In this document: positions 1 to 7,522 of the stretch, piece by piece | Position numbering within the stretch: the first letter of the stretch is position 1 | How the letters are laid out: each line of letters begins with the position of its first letter | Source: Solirubrobacteraceae bacterium | GTDB lineage: Bacteria; Actinomycetota; Thermoleophilia; Solirubrobacterales; Solirubrobacteraceae | Length of the DNA: 64,000 nucleotides | NCBI GenBank assembly: GCA_049591655.1 | Contig: JBAWFG010000042.1 | Span: 6,849-70,848 of the forward strand | Direction: 5' to 3' | Notes under the pieces: model-generated | Databases searched by the model: none | What the model saw: only the letters and a program-made list of their open reading frames with translations | Told to the model about the DNA's origin: nothing | Program-made: the position numbers and the translations under genes

Positions 1-233
1 ACGACGTATTGGCAGAAGGAGTGCGACAGCGGGGTCTCGCGCAGGTCGGTGCCGACGGTGCTCTTGAAATATTGGCGCGCGGAATCCACCAGCGAGATCT
101 GGACAGTGGCTGCGCCGAGCAGCTTGGCCGCCAGCCGGGTGAGACGGTCGAACTCCTCCTCCGGGGGGGAATCCATCAGCTGCGTGCGGGCGAGCGCGCG
201 CAGGCGTGCTGGGTCTCGCAAGAGGTCGCTCAC
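1..233 (-). CDS. GAF-domain signalling protein, N-terminal part only (gene runs off the left edge)
   Basis: Not in the ORF track. My own minus-strand translation from GTG at 233 gives VSDLLRDPARLRALARTQLMDSPPEEEFDRLTRLAAKLLGAATVQISLVDSARQYFKSTVGTDLRETPLSHSFCQYV. The L-DSPPEE-FDRLTRLAA...SLVD...FKS...ETP...SFC pattern is a common N-terminus of bacterial GAF sensors (from memory). No clear RBS. Confidence 0.5.
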   Translation of the reverse strand, partial: MSDLLRDPARLRALARTQLMDSPPEEEFDRLTRLAAKLLGAATVQISLVDSARQYFKSTVGTDLRETPLSHSFCQYV

Positions 234-431
234 AGACGGGTGATCGGCAGCTGGGGGCCAGGATTCGGTGTCTGGACGGATATACGAGCGCACCAGCCGA
301 CGCGCCGCAGTCCGATCCTGGGCGATTGGCATCGGTGGAAAGTACGGACTGGCACCGGCGCCGACTGCCGATGGCGCCGGCGAGAGGGCGGATTACGGTC
401 GGCTGACGCGCTCGAAATCGAGGAGAGACAC

Positions 432-770
432 ATGAACCGCAACGGCGGCGCCACCCCGACCCCGGAGGAGCGCGTCCGCGCGCTCTATGAGGATGCCGAG
501 TCTCAGACCGCTCGCGCGATGGAGCGGATGATGGCCTCCGGGGGCGTCGGGCAGCTGATGGCGCTCAGCGCCGAGAACGTGGCGGCGCTGACCCGAGTCG
601 GGTCCGATCTCGCCGATCTGGTCCTGCGCAATCTCCGGCTCGCCGGCCGGGCCGACATCATCAGGCTGGCGGGTCGCCTGAACCGCACCGAGGACAAGCT
701 CGAGCGCGTCCTGCAGGAGCTCGAAGAGCTCCGCGACGAGCTCGCGCGCGAGCGCACCGCGGCCCGATGA
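432..770 (+). CDS. small (112 aa) coiled-coil PHA synthase partner subunit, PhaE-like
   Basis: ATG at 432 is preceded by GAGGAGAGA. The C-terminal half (DIIRLAGRLNRTEDKLERVLQELEELRDELAR) resembles the conserved C-terminal helix of class III PhaE. The stop overlaps the phaC start (ATGA at 767-770). The upstream part of track ORF 9..770 has no supporting signal. Confidence 0.65.
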   Translation: MNRNGGATPTPEERVRALYEDAESQTARAMERMMASGGVGQLMALSAENVAALTRVGSDLADLVLRNLRLAGRADIIRLAGRLNRTEDKLERVLQELEELRDELARERTAAR

Positions 771-1819
771 ACCTCGTCGAGTCCGCGGTGGCCCTGCCCG
801 GGGCTGCGATTCGCTTCACCAATGTTCTGCTCACCACCGACGATGCCGTGCTCGGCGTTACCGGGCGGGAGATCGTATGGACCCACCGCGGCACGACCCT
901 GTACCGCTACCGGTCCGACCACCGCGTGCATGCGGTGCCGATCCTGCTCGTGTTCGCGCTCATCAACCGGCCGGAGATCTTCGACCTGCGGCCCGGGAGC
1001 TCGCTGGTGGAGTACCTGCTGCAGGAGGGCTTCGACGTGTTCCTCGTCGACTGGGGAACCCCGGATGAAGAGGACGCGGAGATGGGGATCGATGACTACG
1101 TCTGCGACGAGTTGCACTGGGCGGTGCGTGAGGTCCTGCGTGCGTCCGGTGCTGATGAGCTGACGCTCATGGGCTGGTGCATCGGCGCCACCATGTGCGC
1201 CATGTACTGCGCCGCCGAGGGCCTCGGGGCGCCGGTGCGCAACCTCGCGCTGCTGACGATGCCCGTCGACGGGCGCTGCGCGACATATGCGGCCTGGGTC
1301 GGCAACGCGGATTTCGACGCCGCGGGGACGGCCGAGCGCTGGCGGGTGATCCCCGGGTCCGCGATCGACATCGCCAACAAGCTGCTCAAGCCGGTGACGA
1401 ATTACGTCACCACCTACCGGCGGTTGGCCCAGGGAATCCTCGATGGCACCGCCCGGCCCGAGGCCTATCAGTCGATGGCCAAATGGGTCGGTGACAACCC
1501 GCCGTTCCCCGGGCGGGCCTGGGCGCAGTGGATCACCTGGATCTACCAGGAGAACGCGCTCGTCCGCGGCCGGATCCGCCTGCACGGACGGCGGGTCGAT
1601 CTGCGGCGCATCGAGCAGAACCTGCTCGTCGTCACCGCCGACGCCGACCACATCGCTCCCCGCGAGGGGACGATGCCGATCTTCGGCCTCGTCTCCAGCC
1701 GGGACATCACCCATTTCGACCGCAGCGGCGGCCACATCGGGCTGATCGCCGGGTCGCCCGCCCGCAAGGAGCTGTGGCCGGATCTGGCGGCCTGGCTGGC
1801 CGATCGCTCAGACCGCTGA
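767..1819 (+). CDS. phaC: class III-type poly(3-hydroxyalkanoate) synthase PhaC
   Basis: 350 aa alpha/beta-hydrolase. It has the PHA-synthase Cys box (LMGWCIGA), a late DADHIAP motif and a GGHIGL His motif. The size fits class III/IV PhaC. Confidence 0.9.
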   Translation: MNLVESAVALPGAAIRFTNVLLTTDDAVLGVTGREIVWTHRGTTLYRYRSDHRVHAVPILLVFALINRPEIFDLRPGSSLVEYLLQEGFDVFLVDWGTPDEEDAEMGIDDYVCDELHWAVREVLRASGADELTLMGWCIGATMCAMYCAAEGLGAPVRNLALLTMPVDGRCATYAAWVGNADFDAAGTAERWRVIPGSAIDIANKLLKPVTNYVTTYRRLAQGILDGTARPEAYQSMAKWVGDNPPFPGRAWAQWITWIYQENALVRGRIRLHGRRVDLRRIEQNLLVVTADADHIAPREGTMPIFGLVSSRDITHFDRSGGHIGLIAGSPARKELWPDLAAWLADRSDR

Positions 1820-1841
1820 CCCACCCCCAAAGGAGCAGAGC

Positions 1842-2708
1842 ATGACCACCGAATCCAAGCTCGCCGCCCAGGTCCCGCCGACCGTCATGGGAGCCGAGAC
1901 CGCTGCCTTCCCCTCAGATCACCACCGTCCCCGGATGACCGGCCGCGTCGTGTTCGTGACCGGGGGCACGCGGGGCATCGGCGCCGCGATCAGCCGCAGC
2001 TTCGCCGGGCAGGGCGCGATCGTCGCCGCCGGCTACGGTCGGGATACCGAGCACGCACAGGAACTGCTCGCCCAGCTGCAGGGGGCCGGGTATCCGGCCA
2101 GCATCCACCAGGGCAACGTCGGCTCTGCCGAGGACTGCCGGCGCACGGTCAACGAGGTGATCGAGGCCCACGGCCGGCTTGACGTCGTCGTCAACAACGC
2201 CGGGATCACGATCGACAAGACGGTCCTGCGGATGACCGACGAGGACTGGTATCGGGTCCTGGCCGTCAACCTGTCCGGGGCGTTCTTCATCTCCCAGGCG
2301 GTGCTGCCGCATATGGTGGAACGCGGCACCGGACGGATCATCAACATCGCGTCGATCATCGGCGAGACCGGCAACATCGGGCAGGCCAACTACGCCGCAT
2401 CGAAGTCTGGCTTGTTCGGGCTGACCAAGACGCTCGCGCGCGAGGCCTGTCACCAGCTGGCCAAGGCCGGGAAGCTCAACGAGGACTCGATCGGCGTGAC
2501 GATCAACGCTGTCGCTCCGGGGTTCATCGCCACCGAGATGCTGGAGCACGTCCCGGAGAAGGTGCTGGACCGGATCAAGGCCCAGATCCCGGTCGGCCGT
2601 CTCGGCCGTCCGGACGAAATCGCCCGCGTCGTGCATTTCCTCGCCTCCGACCACTCGTCCTTCATCACCGGCGCGGTGTGGGACGTCAACGGGGGGCAGG
2701 ACATGTAG
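1842..2708 (+). CDS. phaB: acetoacetyl-CoA reductase / 3-oxoacyl reductase (SDR)
   Basis: TGGTRGIG Rossmann motif, NNAGI, and a Y-x3-K catalytic motif (NYAASK). RBS AAAGGAG lies upstream. Sits directly after phaC. Confidence 0.85.
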   Translation: MTTESKLAAQVPPTVMGAETAAFPSDHHRPRMTGRVVFVTGGTRGIGAAISRSFAGQGAIVAAGYGRDTEHAQELLAQLQGAGYPASIHQGNVGSAEDCRRTVNEVIEAHGRLDVVVNNAGITIDKTVLRMTDEDWYRVLAVNLSGAFFISQAVLPHMVERGTGRIINIASIIGETGNIGQANYAASKSGLFGLTKTLAREACHQLAKAGKLNEDSIGVTINAVAPGFIATEMLEHVPEKVLDRIKAQIPVGRLGRPDEIARVVHFLASDHSSFITGAVWDVNGGQDM

Positions 2709-2718
2709 GTGGGGATAT

Positions 2719-3117
2719 ATGCTCGGCGTGATGCCGAAACAGTCCGCATCGGCGCTCGGCGACATCATCCGTCAGCAGCGGGAGCTGGCGGAGCTCTCGA
2801 TGCGCCAGTTCGCTGAGCTGGCGGGGATCTCCAACCCCTACCTGTCGCAGATCGAGCGTGGTCTGCGGGCGCCGTCAGAGCAGGTGCTCGACGCCATCGC
2901 CCGGACGCTGAAGGTGTCCTCCGACACGCTGTATGAGCAGGCGGGCGTGGACCCGCGGGCCGGCGAGGGCGCCGACGCCGCGGTACTTCAGGCGATCGCC
3001 GCCGACGAGCGGCTCACCGCCCGCCAGCGCTCCGCGCTGCGCGAGGTCTATGAGGCGTTCGTCGCGACGTCGCCGCGGCGCGGCCGCGCCTCAGCCGCCG
3101 GCAGACGTGACGGCTGA
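2719..3117 (+). CDS. XRE-family helix-turn-helix transcriptional regulator
   Basis: HTH_3-type motif LSMRQFAELAGISNPYLSQIERGLRAPS. The 3' end overlaps the convergent hydrolase gene by 27 bp. Confidence 0.85.
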   Translation: MLGVMPKQSASALGDIIRQQRELAELSMRQFAELAGISNPYLSQIERGLRAPSEQVLDAIARTLKVSSDTLYEQAGVDPRAGEGADAAVLQAIAADERLTARQRSALREVYEAFVATSPRRGRASAAGRRDG

Positions 3118-4239
3118 GTGGTCCCGGACGCGCGCAAGCAGGGCGGGCCAGTGCTCGCGCAGCGCCTGATGGCCCATGAACAGGCCAAGGTGCCCGCCGG
3201 GGGTGGTGTCACGCAGGACGAGATCGTCCGGCGTTGACGCGGCCGCGGCGATCGCGAACACCTGCGCCGGCGGGGTGATGTGGTCGGTGGTCCCGGCCAG
3301 CAGCTGCAGCGGCATATCGAGCCGGCTCAGGTCGACCTGCTCGTCGCCGATCTCCAGCTCGCCGCGCACGAGTTCGTTGTCACGGAACAGGTGGCGCACG
3401 ATCCACAGGTAGAACGCCCCCGGGATGTCCTGGGTGTGCTTGAACCAGTCCTCGAACTCGCTGTAGCGCGCCACGTGCGCGGCATCGTGGAGGTTCATGA
3501 GCAGCTCGAACTGGCGGGCGATCTCGTCGGCGGGTTGAATCATGATGAACCCGTTGAGCATCAGCTCCCCCTTGAGCACCCCGCCGCCGGCGGCGACGAG
3601 CGACTCGTAGAGCCACATGTTGCCGCCCGGTGAGAGATGTCCGAGCAGCTCGTGGATGACGGGCTCGCCGGCATGGAAGTCGATCGGTGCTCCCGCCAGG
3701 GTGAGCGTGTTGACCCGCTCGGGGCGCAGCGCCGCATAGATGGTGGCCAGCCATCCACCCTGGCAGTCTCCGATGAGGTTGACCCGGCCGCCGCAGTGCG
3801 TCACGGCCTGGTCGACGACATCGAGGTAGTCGTCGATTGTCACGTCGGCGGTCGCCGGCGTGGCACCCTTCCAGTCGAGCGTCAGCGCTCGATCAAGGCC
3901 GGCGGCCAGCAGCGCCCCCATCTGGCTCTGCTCCGCCGAGTAGTCGACAATGCACGAATCGTGTCCGGCCTGCGGCGGCAGCACGAGCGTGGGGACAGTG
4001 CCGGTGTCCGACGTCGTCGAGAAGTCGCGCAGGCGTGCCACCGGCGCGTCGAACACGATCTCGTGAGGGGTGGTCCACGATGGGCGTCCTCGTCGGGCGA
4101 CGTCGGCGAGCTGCGGGACGTCAAAGCCGACGGGACCGCGCGTCAGCAGCGCGGCCATGTAATCGGCCGCGCCGTCTGACGCCGCGCGCCAGCCGTCGAC
4201 CCAGCCGTCGATCAGGCCGGCGGGATAGCTGGCGGGCAT
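3091..4239 (-). CDS. PHA synthase/intracellular depolymerase-type alpha/beta hydrolase with Cys nucleophile
   Basis: 382 aa. G-x-C-x-G-G box (LIGDCQGGW), late TTDHITPP Asp motif and GGHLGLF His motif parallel those of the phaC at 767..1819. The start lies 9 nt after the phasin-like gene stop. Confidence 0.75.
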   Translation of the reverse strand: MPASYPAGLIDGWVDGWRAASDGAADYMAALLTRGPVGFDVPQLADVARRGRPSWTTPHEIVFDAPVARLRDFSTTSDTGTVPTLVLPPQAGHDSCIVDYSAEQSQMGALLAAGLDRALTLDWKGATPATADVTIDDYLDVVDQAVTHCGGRVNLIGDCQGGWLATIYAALRPERVNTLTLAGAPIDFHAGEPVIHELLGHLSPGGNMWLYESLVAAGGGVLKGELMLNGFIMIQPADEIARQFELLMNLHDAAHVARYSEFEDWFKHTQDIPGAFYLWIVRHLFRDNELVRGELEIGDEQVDLSRLDMPLQLLAGTTDHITPPAQVFAIAAAASTPDDLVLRDTTPGGHLGLFMGHQALREHWPALLARVRDHSAVTSAGG

Positions 4240-4248
4240 GGGGATGAG

Positions 4249-4527
4249 CTACTTGAGCAGCGTGCGCGCGGTTGACGCGTAGGACGCTGCCCATTCGCGG
4301 GTCATGTCGGCCTGGGCCTCGATGATGTTCTTGAGCCACTCCTGCTGGGTGGCACCGGCGAGCTTGACCTCGGCATCGATCGTGCGATCGACAACCTTCT
4401 CGTAGGAATCGAGGTACAGGTTGCCGGCCTTGCGCGCGGCGACGAGGAACTGCTCGTTGAGCTCCTTGACATGCTCGAAAGCGGCTTCGGCGGGCGGCGG
4501 GGTGGACTTGGTGTGGGTGGTGGCCAT
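4249..4527 (-). CDS. phasin-like small helical protein
   Basis: ATG at 4527 with a strong RBS (GAAGGAGG, 5-nt spacer). The 92-aa all-helical protein begins MATTHTKSTPP...NLYLDSYEKVVDRTIDAEVKLAG. The function call comes from size, helical character and PHA context, not from a recognised motif. The track ORF N-terminal extension is unsupported. Confidence 0.55.
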   Translation of the reverse strand: MATTHTKSTPPPAEAAFEHVKELNEQFLVAARKAGNLYLDSYEKVVDRTIDAEVKLAGATQQEWLKNIIEAQADMTREWAASYASTARTLLK

Positions 4528-4564
4528 GAAGGCCTCCTTCTGTGGCGGGGATGGTGGGGTTACT

Positions 4565-4599
4565 GCTTGCAGATTAGCAGAAGATCTGCAAGCAAGCAA
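4565..4599 (-). promoter_or_regulatory. putative phasin promoter overlapped by a perfect 10-bp inverted repeat (operator candidate)
   Basis: On the minus strand: TTGCTT, 17 nt, TAATCT, ending about 40 nt upstream of ATG 4527. The inverted repeat GCTTGCAGAT-N9-ATCTGCAAGC (4565-4593) covers the spacer and the -10 element. This is the only AT-rich patch in the intergenic region. Confidence 0.4.
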
Positions 4600-4721
4600 G
4601 CGATTTGACGCTCTCGCCCTCGCCCACGCTGGTTCGTCTCCCTCGCCGTGCATGGACGGCCGGGCTGCGCTGGGCAACCCGGCCGTCTTCAGACCCGTCG
4701 ACCTACAAGGGCGCCGAAGCG

Positions 4722-5339
4722 CTAGCCCAGCTTGACGAAGCCATCCTTCTCGAGCGTCGCGGCGGCCGTGGTGGCCTTGAGCGTGCCCGGGAACGACCGG
4801 AGCACGCCGTGCCCGCCGGCGGCGGCGTCGAAGAACGAGAAGTGCGACGCCTCGTTGGCAGCGACCTCAGCGGCGGCGAGCTTGAGCTCGGTGGAGCTGA
4901 AGGACTTCACAGCACCGAGATAGGTCTCGACGAACGCCTGCTCCAGCGCCGTCCCGGTCTTCAGCAGCGCCTTGGTGCTGGCAACGGCTGACTTGGGGAT
5001 CTGCACCGAGAACTTCGTCGGGGTCTTTGACCCGAGAGCTGCCTTCCATGCGGCCCGGTGGGCCTTCTCGTTCACCAGGGCGGCCTGGAAGTAGTCCTTG
5101 TTCTGCAGGCCCTTGAACGACGAGAAGTTCTCGATGATCGCGGTGTACACCTTGACCGCGAGGCTCTCGGCGATGTAGCCGACCTGGAGCGTCGCGATGT
5201 CGCTCTTGGTCACGCCCTTGGCGAACGCAACGCCCTCCATCGAGGCCAGCACTCCGCCGGCGCCGACGAGCACGACGCTGCCCTTGGCGGTGTTCTTCAG
5301 GAACTGCCCGCGGCTGACGGGTGCGTGTACTTCAGTCAT
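4722..5339 (-). CDS. ferritin-like domain protein with Tat-like signal peptide
   Basis: ATG at 5339 with RBS GAGGAG. The N-terminus is VSRGQFLKNTAKGSVVLVGAGGVLA...AFA. The mature part has ferritin-like helices (NEKAHRAAW, EASHFSFF). Confidence 0.8.
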   Translation of the reverse strand: MTEVHAPVSRGQFLKNTAKGSVVLVGAGGVLASMEGVAFAKGVTKSDIATLQVGYIAESLAVKVYTAIIENFSSFKGLQNKDYFQAALVNEKAHRAAWKAALGSKTPTKFSVQIPKSAVASTKALLKTGTALEQAFVETYLGAVKSFSSTELKLAAAEVAANEASHFSFFDAAAGGHGVLRSFPGTLKATTAAATLEKDGFVKLG

Positions 5340-5474
5340 ACGTACTCCTCTGGTTGCTTTCCGACTTCGCCCCCTCCAACGCAGCGCGTGCGAGATTGGA
5401 TCACCGCGGCCGGCGAGATTAATCGCGCGCCAATCTGAGTGATCCGAGCTCGGATGGGGCTCGTATGACTCTGC

Positions 5475-6536
5475 ATGGGGAGTGCCACACGGCACTGCAC
5501 CTCTGTCATGAATCTCATTCCCAACGCCATCTCACCCGTCCGCTGGCGCCCGATCGCCAACAGTGACCAGCTCAGCGCCGTCGACCACCTCGATGAACTG
5601 CGCACCAGGCTGATCGTCTCCCTGTTGACCGTCGCCGTCGCGTTCGGCCTGTGCTTCTGGCAGAACCATCGCCTGCTGTCGGTCATCAACACGCCGCTGG
5701 CTCACCAGACCCAGCAGCAGGTGCGCGCCGGCCACGGGCCGCTCGGAGCGACCTATCAGGTCCAGGTGACCACTCGTGACGTGGCGCGTCAGCTCGACAC
5801 CGTCGCCGGTGTGCTGGCCCAGAGCAACGCCCGGCCCGCCGCCCGAGCCGCGCTGGCCGGCGTCCAGAGCAGCCTCAAGCGCGACGTGAGCCGGCTGTCG
5901 GCTCCCCCGAGCGGCGATAAACCGGTGACGTTGGGGATCGGTGAGCCGTTCACGACGACCGCCACGGTGACGCTCATCTTCGCGCTGATTCTCTCGCTGC
6001 CCGTGCTCCTGCTCCAGGCCTACGGCTTCCTGATGCCCGCGTTTGACCCATCGATGCGGCGCCGGATGCTCCCGATCACATTCGCCATCCCGGTCCTGTT
6101 CGCTGCCGGCGTCGCGTTCGGCTACGCGGTCGTACTGCCGGCGGCGCTGCATTTCTTCCAGAACTTCAACAGCGGCGAGTTCAACGTCCTCGTGCAGGCC
6201 AGCCAGTACTACAAGTTCGCTGCCACCACATTGTTGGCCATGGGGCTGCTGTTCCAGGTCCCGGTCGGGATCATCGCCGTCACCCGCGCGGGGATCGTCA
6301 CCCCGGCCCAGCTGCGCCGCAACCGCCGCTACGCGGTCCTCGCCTGCTGCGGGGTCGCCGCGGTACTCCCCGGTGACGCCGTCACCATGCTCCTGGAGAC
6401 CCTCCCGCTCTACCTGCTGTTCGAGTCGAGCTTGCTGGTCGCCTCGTGGGCGCAGCGCCGTGAGTCCGCCCGCGCGGCCCGCGTCGCTGCCGACGACGAC
6501 GACGCCGACGTTGGCGCCCCCGACCCGCTCGACTAG
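5475..6536 (+). CDS. tatC: twin-arginine translocase subunit TatC (with enlarged first extracytoplasmic loop)
   Basis: DHLDELRTRL N-terminal motif, six predicted TM segments, and LPGDAVTMLLETLPLYLLFE near the C-terminus. The start may instead be the ATG at 5508. Confidence 0.9.
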   Translation: MGSATRHCTSVMNLIPNAISPVRWRPIANSDQLSAVDHLDELRTRLIVSLLTVAVAFGLCFWQNHRLLSVINTPLAHQTQQQVRAGHGPLGATYQVQVTTRDVARQLDTVAGVLAQSNARPAARAALAGVQSSLKRDVSRLSAPPSGDKPVTLGIGEPFTTTATVTLIFALILSLPVLLLQAYGFLMPAFDPSMRRRMLPITFAIPVLFAAGVAFGYAVVLPAALHFFQNFNSGEFNVLVQASQYYKFAATTLLAMGLLFQVPVGIIAVTRAGIVTPAQLRRNRRYAVLACCGVAAVLPGDAVTMLLETLPLYLLFESSLLVASWAQRRESARAARVAADDDDADVGAPDPLD

Positions 6537-6555
6537 ACCGCCGGCCCGTTCCCCC

Positions 6556-6592
6556 GGCCCGGACGTCGCCGCCTGTGGCGTGCGTCCGGGCC
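6556..6592. terminator. GC-rich hairpin between convergent genes
   Basis: GGCCCGGACG ... CGTCCGGGCC forms a 10-bp perfect stem, with extra inner pairs CGCC/GGCG. No U-tract. Confidence 0.35.
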
Positions 6593-6613
6593 ATCAGGGG
6601 GCGAGGCCGCTGA

Positions 6614-6814
6614 TCAGGCCGTGATGTTGACCGCGCCGCGGCGGGCCGACTGTGAGGCCGAGTCGCCGTCGTTGAGCGCAGCGGTGCCGGTCCTCCCGTC
6701 GCCGTCGTTGTTGGCGGTCTTCAAAGCGGTGGCCGTCACGTTTGACGCGGTCAGCTGACGGGCGGCCACGGCCGCCTGGGATGTGGCGGCGTGCGACACA
6801 GATGAGATCTGCAC
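6614..6814 (-). CDS. small (66 aa) protein, possibly YjfB-like
   Basis: GTG at 6814 is preceded by GAAGGAGAG with a 4-nt spacer. The sequence VQISSVSHAATSQAAVAARQ...ALKTA...RGAVNITA loosely resembles the YjfB putative-motility-protein family (from memory). Confidence 0.4.
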   Translation of the reverse strand: MQISSVSHAATSQAAVAARQLTASNVTATALKTANNDGDGRTGTAALNDGDSASQSARRGAVNITA

Positions 6815-6963
6815 GGTTCTCTCCTTCGTCGAGGGTGTGTCTGAGCCCATCGACCCAACCGGAGACTCGCAGGACGGTGATGGACGAAAGTTGCCGCTAA
6901 CTAAAACCATTCTCACGTTCCGCAAGCCCCGGGGCTTAGCTGCCGCTGACAGAAACCGGGCTC

Positions 6964-7464
6964 ATGTCACGCATGCAGAACAGCCTCGCCAACCGCGTCC
7001 GGAGACGGTTCAGACCGGCGGCCGGAGTCGCCGCGATGGGGCTGGCGCTGGCGCTGGCTGCCTGCGGTAGCACGAGCAAGGCTCCGGCGAGCAATGCCAA
7101 CGCGCTGAAGCCGAGCGCCAAGTACGTCGTCAGGTTGAGCGGGACCGCGGAGCCCCGCGGGGGTGCCAGCACCGGCGTCGGCGATGCCGTGATCGCACTG
7201 CACGACGGCGTCAGCCAGCTCTGTTGGCGCTTCAGCCATCTACACGGCTTCACCGGCGCGACGACGGCGATCATTGCCCGCGGCGCGCCGCACAGAGACG
7301 GACGGCTGACGGTGGCGCTGTCGGCCACATCAGCGCTGCATCACCGTGGGTGTGTCAAGACGACGGCGGCGACCCTGTCTGCAATCGCCGCCCAGCCGGG
7401 GGCCTACTACGTCAATGTGCACAGCACCACCTCGCCGAAGGGCGCGGTGCGCGGCCAGCTGTAA
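6964..7464 (+). CDS. CHRD-domain lipoprotein
   Basis: Lipobox LALAACGS. C-terminal YYVNVHSTTSPKGAVRGQL is the CHRD signature. Confidence 0.8.
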   Translation: MSRMQNSLANRVRRRFRPAAGVAAMGLALALAACGSTSKAPASNANALKPSAKYVVRLSGTAEPRGGASTGVGDAVIALHDGVSQLCWRFSHLHGFTGATTAIIARGAPHRDGRLTVALSATSALHHRGCVKTTAATLSAIAAQPGAYYVNVHSTTSPKGAVRGQL

Positions 7465-7522
7465 CGCTGCGCCACGGCCGGCCCTGGATCGGCGGGCAGG
7501 CCACCGGTACGGTTGGCGCTTG

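Noticed and set aside
9-431. N-terminal 141 codons of track ORF 9..770, which would make a 253-aa PhaE-like protein.
   Set aside because: A strong RBS precedes the internal ATG at 432. The upstream part overlaps the minus-strand GAF-gene start (1..233) and has no PhaE-like or other recognisable features.
503-1735. Long antisense ORFs throughout the track (for example 503..1735 -, 5532..6152 -, 10521..11714 -, 16103..17947 +, 25232..26623 -, 25545..26702 -, 35557..36618 -, 44395..45951 -, 48989..50071 -).
   Set aside because: They lie opposite genes with clear family motifs. Their products are Arg/Pro/Gly/Ala-rich low-complexity sequences with no motifs, as expected for shadow ORFs in ~70% GC DNA.
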